The position numbers and the translations under genes are program-made. The notes beneath the pieces are model-generated. The model did not search any database. It worked only from the letters and a program-made list of their open reading frames with translations, and was not told the DNA's origin. DNA of 64,000 bases from Ginglymostoma cirratum (lineage: Eukaryota): positions 13,419,811 to 13,483,810 of the forward strand of contig JAHRHZ010000274.1 in the NCBI GenBank assembly GCA_024137785.1, in the 5' to 3' direction. Shown here one piece after another: positions 39,990-53,759 of the stretch. The stretch's first letter is position 1, and each line of letters starts with the position of its first letter.

Positions 39990-40110
39990 AAAGCCCAAGG
40001 TGAAGGTTTTCATCTCGAAATGTTGACTTTCCTGCTCCTTGGATGCTGCCTGACCAGCTGTGCTTTTCCAGCTCCACAATTATTGAGTTTAGCTTCCAAT
40101 ATCTGCAGGA
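39990..40110 (+). mobile_element. Penelope-derived terminal-repeat fragment
   Basis: tgaaggttttcatctcgaaatgttgactttcctgctccttggatgctgcctgaccagctgtgcttttccagctcc..atatctgcag. Confidence 0.75.
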
Positions 40111-40484
40111 GGGTGAGCTAGTGAGAAATATGGTAGGAAATAAAAACAAGCAGACTAGTACAGAAATAGCGAAGACCATTAATCTGGCTACATTTCAGGA
40201 TTACTGTAGAGTGAACTCCTGGTTGCTGGACTAGAAAGAAAGTAGTTCAATATAGGAAGCATCCAACACATCCTCAAGGTGTCCCTGTGCCTTTTACAAC
40301 AAATGAATTACTTTTGAAATGTAGTCCATCCTGTAATGCAGACAAATACAACAGGCTATTCACATGTTTCTAGATTCTATAAAGAGCGACAAGAGGAAAT
40401 AGCTGGTTAAACTGAATGTCAGTTGATGCATTGACTAATACACCAAAACAATTACTTCTTCAAGGTAAATGGTCCTCAGTACAC

Positions 40485-40885
40485 CTTTTATTCATTAACT
40501 CATGGGACGTAGGCATCGTTAGCTAGCCAGCATTTCTTGCCTATCCCTAGTTGCCCTGGAGAAGGTGGTGGTGAGTTGCTTTCTTGAACCGCTGCAGTCC
40601 ATGTGCTGTTGGTAGACTCACAATGCCCTTAGGGAGAGAATTCCAAGATTTTGAACCAGCAAACAGCTGGGCCTTTCATTTACCATTTCACATAAAAGGC
40701 AGAACCTCTGACCGTGTAGACCATAAAATATAGGAGCTATTCAACCCATTGAATCTGGTCTGCATTTGATCATGGCTGATATATTTCTCAACCCCGTTTT
40801 CCTGCCTTCTTCCTGTAGCTTTCATCCCTTGACTAATCAAGATCCTATCTCTCTGTCTTAAATTTACTTAATGACTTGGCCTCCA
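40485..40885 (-). mobile_element. Adjacent LINE 3' ends (L2-group tail 40485-40660; CR1 tail 40715-40885)
   Basis: catgggacgtaggcatcgttagctagccagcatttcttgcctatccctagttgccc, then accataaaatataggagctattcaacccattgaatctgg. Confidence 0.8.
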
Positions 40886-42789
40886 TCTGTACCAGAAACC
40901 AAGAGGTTATGAATTCAAAACACACTATGGCAACCAAACTCAACGCGTGTGGAATTGTGTGAGCCACACCAGACCACACATCCAAATTATTTTGCAATGT
41001 TCTTCAGGAGAATGTAACATGCCTTGACTCTACATTATTGTATCTTAGAGGATCTGAATCAAAGCAGCAAATCATTCAAGGAAACATATCTTTTTCTGTG
41101 TGAATTGGCTCAGTTGAACGTACTCACACCTTTGTGTCAGAAGGTTTGAGTCTAATTGTAGACTTGAGAGCTAAATGTAAACTGGTGTGGGAGTGAAGAT
41201 GAATGGAGTAAGGACAGGAACTAATCATGCTGCCCCAGGTGTCACAAGTATAGGACGGGTATGATGGATCATCTATCTTTTCACACCCATCATTTTTGCA
41301 TGTATTTTACAAATAACGCCCATAATTGTTTTGTAATTATGTGAGATAATGGAAAGGTGAGTTCTGGTCTCAGTTTTGAGACAGCAACATTTGTTGGAAC
41401 TCTCCAGGAAATCATTGGCAAGTGAAAATATGAATAGTGCACAGTTCAAATAGTGCTTCAGAGTAAATTGCAATTATAAGATGCAGTAGAACAAATGGGT
41501 ATATTAATATCCAAGATTCAATGATCTGGACTAATAAGTATAAAAACTTGAATTCAGTTTAAAGAATCTGGAAAATTAAAAACTAGAATTAATATTTGTG
41601 ACCATGATGCTGTTGGCACTTGATCAGAGCTCTTAACCCAATCTATTCAGGCCTCCAATCAACATCAACTGCCCTTTAAAGAGGCCTTGTAAGCTATACA
41701 GTAGTTACAAACTGCACCTGCAGGCCCACCAATCCATCCAGCACATTTAGGGATAGGGGATCGATGTTAGTGGTGCCCATATCCTAAGGTGGATTTTCCT
41801 TAAATCGGGAAATTCTTTGCTTAATATATCAGTAAGTAAATCAGATACAGGGCTTCACCAGTAAGATGTTATAATGCAAGAAGTGCAAACAATGAAGAAC
41901 TAAAATTGACTAGAAGTGATGTGTAACTGTTAATTGAGAATATTTTTATGACCTGATGTATTAAACCTCATACATGGAAACCGAAAAGTAACAAAAAAGC
42001 TATCAGTTCAAATCCAGATTCGTCTTATGACATACCATTGATTTTCACTGCATTTCACCGAAGAGATCTTCCAATGTTATAACTCCTTTTGAATCTTAGA
42101 CCTTCATATGCTGTTCCCACATCACTGAAGTCTCTGAGGATATCTCTGCGGGCTGATTTGCCTGATTAGACATTCTAACTGTTTTCTTATTAGCCCAGGG
42201 TAAAACATTTTGTGTTCCCATTGCGTGATAACTTTAATTATTACTGAGCCATTGATAATGGGCCAGCAGTAAAATTGATTCTACCCAATTGGAGATATCC
42301 CTTATCAGTCAAAGATGCCAGATGAAAGCATTTATCAGATCTACCAGCTCACTAAGTATGTGTATTATTGTCAACAATTACTCCGAGCTGCTAGTCTACT
42401 TTACACTCAGATGTTTTTATAAATTTAATCAGTGGTTGGATACTCTGGTTATGACAATGAAAGAAATCTCACATTGTGTTTAGTCTGTCCATGGGGGCCT
42501 ATTATGGTTTGTTTTGGAATTCCAGGATGGATTGCCTGACTGCTTTTAACTCCATTCCTTTGGACGTCACCTCAAGATAAGTAGATGAAGCACTCCCTGA
42601 TTTAACAATTGGATTGCTTCCAGACAATTTTGTTTTCAATTCAGAAATGTTTCAGTGGCATAACTATAGACCATTAAATGTCATCACTTTTGCATTAGCA
42701 TTTTAAGTACATGTGGCTGTTCAAATTGATCCTGATATTGTAACTTGGCTATAGTTAAGACTTTGTATCATGTAATTATAGTCACTCAT

Positions 42790-43350
42790 GGAGTCATAGA
42801 GTCACAGAGATATACAGCACAAAAACAGACCCTTCAGTCCAACTCATCCATGCTGACCAGATATCCTACATAAATCTAGTCCCATTTGCCAGCATTTAGC
42901 CCATATCCCTCTAAACCCTTCCTATTCATATATCCATCCAGATGCATTTTAAATGTTATATCAGCTTCCACCACTTCTAGCAGCTCATTCCATACACGCA
43001 CCACTGCCTGTGTGAAAAAGTTGCCCCTTTTATATCTTTCCCCTCTCACCTTAAACCTATGCCCTCTGGTTGTGGACTCCCCCACCCCCGGGGAAAAGAC
43101 CTTGCCTATTTACCCTACCCATGCCCGTAATGATTTTATAAATCTCTATAAGGTCATCCCTCAGCCTCTGGCACACATGACAAAATAGGCCCAGCCTAAT
43201 CAGCCTCTCACTATAACCCTCAAACCCTCCAACACTGGCAACATCTTTGCAAATCTTTTCTGAACCCTTTCTAATTTGACAACATCCTTCCTATAGGAGA
43301 GAGATCAGAATTTCACACAATACTCCAAAAGTGGCCGAACCAATGTCCTA
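42790..43350 (-). mobile_element. Relatively young CR1 LINE 3' end
   Basis: ORF 42876..43085 GESTTRGHRFKVRGERYKRGNFFTQAVVRVWNELLEVVEA; tail gagtcatagagtcacagaga. Confidence 0.92.
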
Positions 43351-43569
43351 TTTGGCTTATTTTCTACTAATTCTGTCCTCAATGTACTGTGTATACATTG
43401 ATGTCATTTGGTAGCACTCCTCCTTGCTGCCTTCCATTTTGCAGAGATGAAACAACAATCGATCAGTCGTCAGTGATCTGCCTACATGAGCATCATTCTC
43501 AAACTTTAAAATGGAAACAGAATTTATTCTTGGCCAGTTGAATTATTAACAAGTTACACACACTGGTTA

Positions 43570-43770
43570 TTTGAAACAGTTGATAGTTGATGGCTGGATT
43601 GCTCTGCAGAGTGACACCAACAGTGGAGTTGAATTCTTTAACCAGCTGAGTTTTCCATGAAGGACTTTCATTCTCAACCGATCCCCTCACCTGACCCTCA
43701 AGTTAAACCACAACCAGCTCTCTCTGATGTGAGAGCAGCTCTATGGCCTGGTAGGATTATGATGACTTTT
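43570..43770 (+). mobile_element. tRNA-headed SINE (MamSINE1-like, tentative name)
   Basis: ttcattctcaaccgatcccctcacctgaccctcaagttaaaccacaaccagctctctctgatgtgagagcagctctatgg. Confidence 0.6.
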
Positions 43771-44016
43771 AGTTAAATTAAATATTTTTGTTCAAGTTGC
43801 ACAAATGTTTGCATAAGACTTACAAAAGTATTGCTCAAAGACTAATAATGTTCTCACACTGTTCACACAACTGATATGTATATTGATTGAAGGAAAAATC
43901 TTTCTATTGCAGAATTGTTTGGCACATAAAGATCACTGTGACCAATTAGCTAAAGAAAACAGTTAAAGAGTGATGATCTAAACTTTCAAAAAAGAAAAAG
44001 ACCAAGAATCATATTT

Positions 44017-44165
44017 GGGGATAGCAAGAACTACAGGAGTTGGAGCCAGAGATAACACCGTGTAGAGCTGGAGGAACACAGCAGGCCAGGCAGCATCAGA
44101 GGAGCAGGAAAGTTGACATTTTGGGTCGGGACCCTTCTTCATTTCTGAAGAAGGGTCCCAACCCA
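44017..44165. mobile_element. Penelope-derived element with partial fold-back and perfect 13-bp TSD
   Basis: TSD aagaatcatattt at 44004-44016 and 44166-44178. Centre gggtcgggacccttcttca-tt-tctgaagaagggtcccaaccc. Confidence 0.9.
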
Positions 44166-46664
44166 AAGAATCATATTTCCCTGATGAAATGACAAAGATC
44201 ATCTGCAGGAGGGGGTTGACCTTCCAAGTACGTCTGTAACTCAAAGTACAAAACAGGAATTTCCTACTTTCTCGTTCCTCAAAATTGACAAAATGGGCAT
44301 CAAAGCATGCAGGGGAAATAAATTCAACTTGTTTCATCCAATCAATCATATTTTGTTTCTCTGATCTACAAATGTTGGCTGACCTCTTGTGCTATCCTGC
44401 ACTTAGTTGACTTGTTGGCAACTATTTATAACCTTTCTCCCGCAATGGTTTTGTTGGAAAAGTGCAGATGATAGTATCTTGGGGACTCCATGAGAAATCA
44501 GGACAGCAATGTCATGGACATCAGAACAAACAGCTGGATTGGGTAAATCAGAAATTCCTATGTTGTACTCTGTGTTGCAAACTACTTGAAAGATCAACTC
44601 ATCCTGCAGGTGATCTCTGTCATTAACTGGGGAAAGATGATTCTTGGCCCCTTTCCTTTTTGAAAATCTAGGTCATCAATCATTAACTGTTATCTTCAGC
44701 TAATCATTCATTATGATTGTAAAGTTCTGAATATTTCTGCAACAGACAGGTGTTTTTCTCAATTAATATATATTTCAGTTGTGTGACCAGTGTGACAGCA
44801 CTATTAGTCTTTGTGTAAGATTTTTGTAAATATTCTGTACACTTTTCATTTTCAGTCTGCAAGGCTTGATTGTGTTGTTTGATGAGTAACAGCTGCACTT
44901 TTAGTTTTGTGATTTCACTCAGACCGTAGTACGTACCAATTCTTGTGGAGTTTTAATCTGTACATGCTCAACTTTAAGTTTTGACAAGGTATTCCAGTTC
45001 TCTGGAAGCTCAATAGTTTGATCTTGTAGGCTTTGCCCAAAGAGTTATTATGTCTCGCTCATGGGTTTCCCAGTCTTCAACTGCCATCTCTGTTGATTGA
45101 CAACTTCTGCACCTTGAATATTGGCATGATTCAATTTGAACTGAGGGATCACTTTTCTTTTCTCGATAATATTTAACCAGCCATTTGGAGGAGTTGTACC
45201 TGTTCTTAATAGACTATTTACAAGGATCGGAATTATTCTCGAAACGTGTCAAGTTGGCATCAAGCTGTGCATGATCTCAAGGTGAACGGTCATCTACTCT
45301 GCCTGAAGCTTTAATGATCCTGAATCTGTTTTGAAATTCTGAGACCAATTTCCTGTATCTCTGTTCTAACCGCATAATCCCAGAAATCTCAGATTCTGTG
45401 ATTACTTTACTACCTGTAGAAATTTTGAAACTACATTTGGAAGTGAACTAGTGCAAGATTTTGATCTTGCTTCCGAGCAATCATCTAATCTTTTACTCTG
45501 GGAGGAAATTTTTTATGTACATGTGAGTGCAGTACTGTAAAATAAGGAGACAGCTTTACTTTTTCTTCCCCTTCATCAAAACTGATTATCCTGAAATGAC
45601 TGACGCACCTCAAAAGAGTTAACAGAGTTCTCAGAAATGGGGCATCTGAAATCAAAGGTATAGGAAGTTCTAAGTCTCAGACGCCAGTAAATTAATAAAT
45701 TAAGGGATGGTTTCCTTCTTTGTGACTATATGCTGAAGGAATAAAATATGGGCCAGAATGTATCTGTTTGTTGGTCCCCTTCTTCTTTGGTTTCATTCTT
45801 TTCCTGCCATTTTCAGTTTCAGTTTCAGTTTTGAGAAAAATGAGAGGTCTGCATTCCCATCTTATAATGCTAGTGTTGGAGTGTTCATACTGAACAGTGA
45901 CCTTGGTGAACTAAGTCAAAGTCATAGTCATCAGTGCTTTGCTAGAAAATTTTAAGCTTAATAAATCTCTACATTTTATAAAAAACCATATAGATTAGGT
46001 ATGACATATGTGTAATCACCCTTCCATTGTAGTGAAATGTAGCATCCATTTAGCTTTTGACACTGAGTTTATACTTCCAAAGCCCTAAAGCTGAATGGAA
46101 GACACTCTGAGGATTCTTGACCTCAACTATGGCATAGCATCTGAAAAGACCAAAAAATCCTCCCCAGCATCCAATTTAATACTAGTTATTCTGCCATTTA
46201 ATATAATCTCTTCCTACCTGAAATTGTTCTACAGAAGAATGAAAATTTTGCTGTGTGTCTGTAACATCCCTGAGGAAGAGTTCATCCTGCCCCTTTGCAT
46301 CCCTTACTTCCAGGGCTAGCACAGACCTCGGTATCCTGGATTTATTACTCGATGTTCCCACTTTAGCTGTACCCTGGACACTCTCTTTGCAGTCCCAAAT
46401 ATTCTATCTTGATGTGGTCCATGCCTCTCCGCAATATCTTATTTACTGTAGCTGCATTTTCCACATACTCTGCTGCGGACTTTCTCCCACACTTTTAGAT
46501 CTTGTACGTAGTTTGTTGCCTAGATAAGCCTTGAAGTCCATCACTCACTGCTCCCTTCCATCAACAAGCTTCACTTTAAGTATTTCTCCACATCTTGGTT
46601 TGAATCAGTGCATGAGCCTCGTGATATTTTCCCATATCGTATGGTGTCTCCGCATTTCCTTTTG

Positions 46665-47800
46665 GTTCTTATAACCCCTTGTCATTACATCACCAAAGTA
46701 ATGGAGAGAATCATCAGCAGTGCAGCATTTGCAAAACAAATAACCTGATCACTGATACTCAGTTTGGTTTCCACCAGAACTGACACATCTCCTGACCCCA
46801 ATTCAGCTTTGGTTTAAACATGGATAAAGGAGCTGAAGTGCAGAAGTCAGCTGAAGAGTTACTGTCCTTGACATCAAGACAGCATTTGAGTGCTTATGGC
46901 AGCAAGAAACCTGAGCAAATTTGGCGTCAATGGGAATTATTGGGCAAAGTATTCATTGGTTAGAGTCATACCTTGCATGAAGGAAGATTACAGCAGTTGT
47001 TGGAAGGCATTTATACTAGCTCCAGGACATCAGGACAGGCATTCTTCTGAGTTATCTCCAAGGTGCAACTGTCTTTAGCTGCTTCATCAATGACCTTCCC
47101 TCTATCACCAATTCAGAGAGTTGCTGATGATTGCACAGAATTTGGCACTATTTGCAACTCCTCAGATACTGAAGCAGTCCATGTCCATTTGCAGCAAGAC
47201 CTGGACAATATAGGCTTGGCCTGACAAGTGGCAAGTAACACACATGCCACACATAAGAGCCAAACAAGAGAGAATCTAACCATTGACTTTTGACATTGAA
47301 TGGCAATACCATCACTGAATCCCCCAATATTAACATCCTAGGGTGATAACTGATCAGAACGTGAACTGGATCAGCTGTCAGAGGCTAAGAATTCTGCAGC
47401 AGTTATCTCAACTGTCTCCCCAATGCCTTTTCAGCATTCACAAAGTACAAGTCAGGAGTTTATCGGAATAAACTATGCTTGCCTGGATGTGTGCAGCTTC
47501 AACAACATTCAGGACAAAGCAATCCGGTTGTCAATACATCTACAAACAGTCACTCTGGTAAACACTAGATACTCAGTAGCAGCAATATGCACCATCTACA
47601 AGATGCACTTCGGTAACTCACCAAGAATCCTTTGATAATATTTTACAAACCCATAAGCTCTACCACCTAGAAGGACCAGGAATGGAGATGTATCGGAATA
47701 TCAGCATTTGCAAGTTCCCCTCCAAGGTCATACCATTCTGACTGAGTCAAAATCTTGGAACTCACTCCCCAACAGCATCATGTGTCTACCTACAGCAAAT
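46665..47800 (+). mobile_element. CR1/L2-group LINE, RT region to near the 3' end, decayed
   Basis: cagtttggtttccaccag (QFGF), ccttgacatcaagacagcatttga (LDIKxAFD), gcttcatcaatgaccttccc (FINDLP), gctgatgattgcac (ADD), ggcctgacaagtggcaagtaac. Confidence 0.85.
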
Positions 47801-48414
47801 GTATTCCCCACAAAGTTCTATTTTTCCTTAAGTTGTAAAATAAAAGCTACTAATTCAAAAGCTGAGTATATATTTCCAAATAAATATCTGTAGTCCTTAC
47901 TAAACAAATCGAAAAACATTGTTGCAAAGTCAATGCAATGAAATACATTGAAACTTTTCACCCTTCACCATAAGATGACCAAGCAAAAAAAAATTCCTTT
48001 GAGAGTTATTGAGAAACTGCCATATAACAGTTAATGATTTAATCATAAAGTATTAAAGGCTGTGGCAAAGAAAATTGATGATGCCCAGATAAGTATTGAA
48101 TATAGGAATTGTAAAAAGAACCTGGAGAAAGTCAAATGAAATGCCAATTTCTAAAATGAGACAGAAGGATGCCCAAGGAAATTATCAGTGAAATACAAAT
48201 CATGCTGCAGAAAATGATCTTAATAATATAGTGAGACATCAGTATACGAATGCCTTAATAATAAGGAAAAGTGGAACTGAGTGGTATTCTGTTGATACTT
48301 ATGTGAGACATTCTGGCACTGGGGATCTTTGGAATAAAAGTAACTGTTCAGCAACATCTATGAATTAGTTATTAAAAGAAGGGCAAGGACCGCAGATATA
48401 TCGAAACAAAACCA

Positions 48415-48930
48415 TTTGCTGTTTCCCCTCTAAGCCACACATCATCCTGACTTGAAACTCTATTTCCATTCCTTCTGTGTTGCTGGGTTAAAACCTTGGA
48501 ATTCACTCCCCCATAGTACTGTGGGTCTACAAATTCAGTTAGAAATCATGAGGGACATGAATAGAGTGAATAGCCAAGGTCTTTTTCTCAGGGTAGGGGA
48601 GTCCAGAACTGGAGGGCGTAGGTTTAAGGTGAGAGGCGAAAGACCCAAGGGGTAACTTTTTCATGCAGAGGATGGTGTGTGTATGAAATGAGCTTCCAGA
48701 GGAAGTGGTGGAGGCTGGTACAATTACAACATTTAAAGGCATCTGGATGGGTACATGTATAGGAAGGGTTTACAGGGATATGGGCCAAAGGCTGACAAAT
48801 GGGACTAGATTGATTTAGAATATCTGGTCAGCATGGATGGGTTGGGCCATAGGGTTTCTTTGCATGCTGTGCAACTCTATGACTCTACCTGAGCACTCAC
48901 AACACCAGATTAGGAGAAAATCACCCGCAA
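48415..48930 (+). mobile_element. L2-group LINE 3' tail with a young CR1 3' end inserted at ~48540-48888
   Basis: Host aaaccttggaattcactccccca..gtgggtctac is broken by aaatcatgaggg..ggtttaaggtgagaggcg..ctatgactcta and resumes at cactcacaacaccagattaggag. Confidence 0.8.
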
Positions 48931-49029
48931 TCCTGTGGGAACTGCTTACGAAGAAGAAAATCTCATTGGATGAAAGAATAAATAAAACAAAAATCGTGGA
49001 GACAAAATCGTATTTAGAAATTGGCAAAG

Positions 49030-49520
49030 ACATGGAGCTGAGTGTTGTCAGTTAATCCCATTTCTGCAGAAGATGCTGGATCAGGACTGCTTTGAGCTGA
49101 GTACGATAAGCCAAGGATGGATCCCCAAATGAATTCTTAGAAAGAGAAACCATTGCTAAAGAAATGATATGTAAATACTGAATGAAAATAATGTTTTTAA
49201 ACTGCGTACATGATTGGAAAGGAAAGAACGCATGTAAGTAAGGTTACCATCAAACTGGTCACAGGAGGAGAGATTTTGTTGTAAAACAATTGTATAAAAA
49301 GTATTTAATACTGTAGAAAGTTTGAAGGGAATGAACAGAGATAGTAAAAAAATGGTCAGAATCACTGGCTTTCGTCTGTGATCTCAGTTTGGGTTGTTTC
49401 AGAACAGTGGCAGAGGCTGCAAATCCATTTGTGAGAGTCAAACAGGGAGCTGCTGAAATGATAGACACAGATTTGAAGGGCAACAACATAAACTCTTGGA
49501 GAGGAAAGGTGGATGAAAGG
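49030..49520 (-). mobile_element. Old L2 LINE RT fragment
   Basis: tggagctgagtgttgtcag, ccaaggatggatcccc and gtggcagaggctgcaa..gagagtcaa are reverse-strand L2 RT motifs (ADDTQL, GSILG, LDLSAAFD-like). Confidence 0.55.
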
Positions 49521-52500
49521 TTTTAAAGCACAGTGGACGGCAGGTCAGAGAGGGGAGGAGTTAAAAGTGATAGTGTGTACAATAAAAATTCCTCTAAATC
49601 ACTGTGGGCACTAATTATGCTCATTAGCAGCACAGCGTAGGAGAAAATGGGACCTCTGTACAAATACATTGATCAATGTTGTTTAAATCATTGTCTTTTA
49701 GATCAAATGTGACTTATGAATCTAGACAGTCTAGCTCATGATGCCCATGTAAATTCAATTCTGTTTGCCTTTAAGTTTCATGCTGTTTAAATTTCATGTT
49801 TATAAAGTTTGGGAAAGGTATTTCTCAGTGCTGTTTTCTCATTGGCAGATGAATTCTAAATTAAAACATCAAAATCTCTTCTTGTCTGTTATCTGAAATA
49901 TATTCCAATATTGGGTAGATATCAATTTTATAGATGGCTCCCATGTAGTTTAATCATGATGATAAATGCTTGGATATTCCAAAAATAGATGGACATTAAA
50001 TGCCATTTTCACTACATCATTCACCATTCCCTAAGCGTGAAAATGATTGCATTTTCAAGAAAAGCTTCCAGTGCATTTTTTGCCTTTACAACAGAGTTTA
50101 AAGTGTCCTGTATTTGCCAGAATATCCACAATGATAAGCATCTGGCATAAAGCCATATTAACATATTAAAAAAAACAAGTACATAGGAATGAGGTTAGAT
50201 CTGTAACCACATGTCTGGTTCAGCTGATTCTGGTAAGTGACTTCAGTTTAATTTCTCAGCTAACGATACCATCTGTAACAAATCTATCCCCGCAATCTTC
50301 TTCAGGTTCCTTCCTCAAACTGAGTGCTGGATGAACTGTTGCACCAGTCTCTTACTGTATGCAACAGCAGTTTTGTGACTAGGTTTCACTGCTAACTATG
50401 AGATGAAATTTGGTCAGGCTCCAATCTCCACCAATAGGATACCTGCATTAAATTTACAAAAACCTAAATTCCAATGCTGTGAAAAAGAGTTACTCAAAAT
50501 TTATGATCTTCCTAAGACTAAAACTGGAGGAAATCTGCATATAGGCATTTACAATATCAATACGCTTAATAATTAAGATAATTCTTTCACTAGTTAGTTC
50601 ACAACAGTGACCTCCCAGGTAGGCAATATGAAACAAAGATACACCACTTCCACAGCACCACCCCTTGGCACATGCCAGAGGTATAAAACTGTGAAATTCA
50701 GCTCCTGGTTTCTCAACACATGGAAGTTTATAGACTAGGATCACGCATTTTGCAATGATATATCTTTGGCATATGCCAGGAGCAGGCACAACGAAGTACT
50801 TACTCAAAGTAACCCTTGTAGATATGTAACTAATTGTTCTTTGGTGCCTGATTTTCTAAAAAAAAGCGCAAATCACTATGTAATACCATGGACTTGGTGA
50901 GGCAGTCAGAGTGATATATCACAACATGTCTTAGAATTAAAGGCAAGGCTTTTCAAAGCACTGAATGCTTAGTGCTGACACTAAGGACTGAAACCTAAAT
51001 GATAAAAGCAACATCTGCGGAAGAGATCACGGGAAGGGGGCAGTATCCATTTGTTCTTTGGTCTGGATATTGCACCTCAAAATAGCTTCAGAACTGGTAA
51101 TAAAAGCAGCTGCAGATTCTTATTCAACTCTGTGTTATGTAAGTAAATTGGTACAATTTTAAAGTGCTGTTGTTTCCCACATTATGTTCAAACACATTTT
51201 AAAAGACTGCAGTGGCATTATCCACTTTGCTATACTGCGAAGGTTTAATGAAATCAAGATTAATGTCATTCTTGTGCGCCAAAATGTGAAACTTGAGTTC
51301 CATTTGATGATCACTAGTGTAAAGTAGTTAGGAAATTTTTTTCTGCTAGAATTGCTTACTTTATCTTCCAAAGGGCGGGCTAGTGCAGAAAGGGTTACAA
51401 AGTTAGGTTTGCTGTAGCAGACAGCTTCTTCTCCCCACGCTGCTCACCTCCCCAACCCCCCAACCCAACCCAAAGAAAAATCCAAGGGGTGAAGAGAAGC
51501 TTTTGTTCACATTTAACTGTGACAGATCACCACTACAGGGCTAGAATGAGAAAGGCGTGTTGAAATGGGAAGGTAGACCTTAAGCCTACACAAGTGCAGC
51601 CAGCATGGGGCACAGAGTCTCAGATCAAAGGTGCTAGTCACGGTCATTAGCTGCAAATGCAAAGTCAACATGAAAAGATGTCTTAGAAGCAGGCCCTCTC
51701 CATTTATAACTGAGCAAACTGTGAAATAATTGAAAAGGTATGTCAATCAGAGGAAGGCCATGGTGGGATTTGATGAGTTCCCATGCAGTATTGTACTAGC
51801 TGGGCTGTGGTGATGGGGCCGGCACAGGAAAAGCTTACTAAAGCCTTAGAAGACTTTGGGTCTGCCCTTTAATCTGTACAATTAATAAGCCTTTTACTCT
51901 TTTTTGTACACTCATTGAATATAACTGGGAGCTATTGTTGAAGCCACTCTCAGGTGAGCACTTTGGGGTCAAAAAGGAGCCTTGTCAGAGCTTTATTCTA
52001 TAGACCACACAGTATTTTAAAGCTGACAAAAGGCCCTGTCAGGCCATCAGGTCAGAGATGGTTGATTGATCTTATACCCAGTCTTTTTTTTCCACAAGGC
52101 CTGTTTCCTTTTGGTTGAAGCGGAGTCACTCTTATGTTTCGAACATGTTACAGCTTTTATTTCAAAGCCCAGAACATTTAACTAGTTTCTTCTCTGCATA
52201 CACAAGCCTAAATGCATCCTGACAAAGTGTCCTAAAGTGTCTTTGTATTCCATCGTTAAACAGCTGAAGAGCATCAGAGAGAAATGGAGTTGAAAGACTT
52301 AAATATTCCGCATATACAGTAACTAGAAGACAAGGTTTCAAATATTTTGAACATTTTATTTTAAGACTAAATACAGTTTAGAATTTAATTTAAATTATAC
52401 AGGAGTGAGATAGCTATTTCTGAACAAAGCTTTAAAATTTGGAAAATCTCTGAACAAAATGTGGCTGATAGCTCTACTTAATTAGATTATTACTAATCAC

Positions 52501-53759
52501 AATCACTGATCCATCAGAAAAGGATCATGGTGTACAATTGCAAGGACATCAGGAAAAAGCTCCACAGTCTATCATAACACAAACAGAATTTGACTTATTT
52601 TCAGCTGCTGTAAATGGTTGAGCGTAATTACAGACGGACAGAATCACAAAATGTGATCCCTGAAACCACAAGATGAAATCCTGGAATCCCAGGCAATAAA
52701 ATGGAATTAAACCTATTCATTTGTGGTCAGAGAGTGGCCCTGGCAATAATGGAAGTGTAACATGCACCAGAGACAGCTGGCTGGCAGCAATTAAGTTACT
52801 GTACAGACTTCTTTATTGCAGAAGGATTTCCTCTAGTTCCTTTGCGTTATCAATATCAAAAAACACAGCAAGTATAATTGCTCTGATCGTTATTTCTAAT
52901 GGGATTGTAAACATGTTCTTTCAGATTGCTATCATGAGTTTGGGTGGAAATGAGGTGCAGAGGAAATTTACCCGCTATGTTTATGGTACTAAAATAGAGT
53001 GACAGGAGGAAATCCTTTTTACTTTTATTTATATTAGGTGATAGAGCTATGGAGTTTGGTGGAAACAGTGCTTATAGGCAAAAGAAAGATAATGATCAGA
53101 ATGCAAATGCTAAACTGTTATGAATATACCAGGCTGTTATCCGAAATTACGTTATGGATTGCGCGCAATAATATTATCAAGGTCATCTTACTTTGTAGCC
53201 AAAATCATTAATTTACAATGCATTGTTTGTTGCTATGCAACAATGAGTTCTGAGGCTAGAGTGAATTATACATTAGAATAGGATTGACAAAAACAATTAA
53301 TGAAGGAACAAGGTAAGAGCAGGGGCCTTCACCTCACCTCTATGTCCCCTGTGTTTGCACAAGACATGTTAAATTTCACTGCAGTCATGCAGTTGCAGAT
53401 GAAATATAGAACTGATTTCCAACCATAAGTGGCATTTGTGGGGAAGTCATGGGCTTGCAGCACCCCTTTTGGCAACTATTCACTAAAATAGTTTGAAAAT
53501 CAGTCACTGAAGACTTATAATTATCCAAACAAAGCCTCCAGTGGACACTGCTGAGCATCGAAACTACACCAACTGGGCAATCTGCCCTAACGAACATTCA
53601 CGGAACAATTTTTGTTCTACTCCTCTCTGTGGGCAGTTGGTGCCTGGTAATTATTCTTAGAATGTGAACAAAACTGGAAGCTCAAGAGCAAGTCTGTTAA
53701 CACAATTTCTTTACTCCAGCATAAAATGTGTTGGAAAGACATAAATAAGCCACCCAGAC

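Noticed and set aside
43978-44349. 123-aa minus-strand ORF
   Set aside because: It runs through the Penelope-derived insertion and its TSD; chance frame.
44920-45690. Mildly raised CpG (about 12 in 770 bp) and small hairpin gcaagat-tttg-atcttgc
   Set aside because: The enrichment is modest and there is no further structure.
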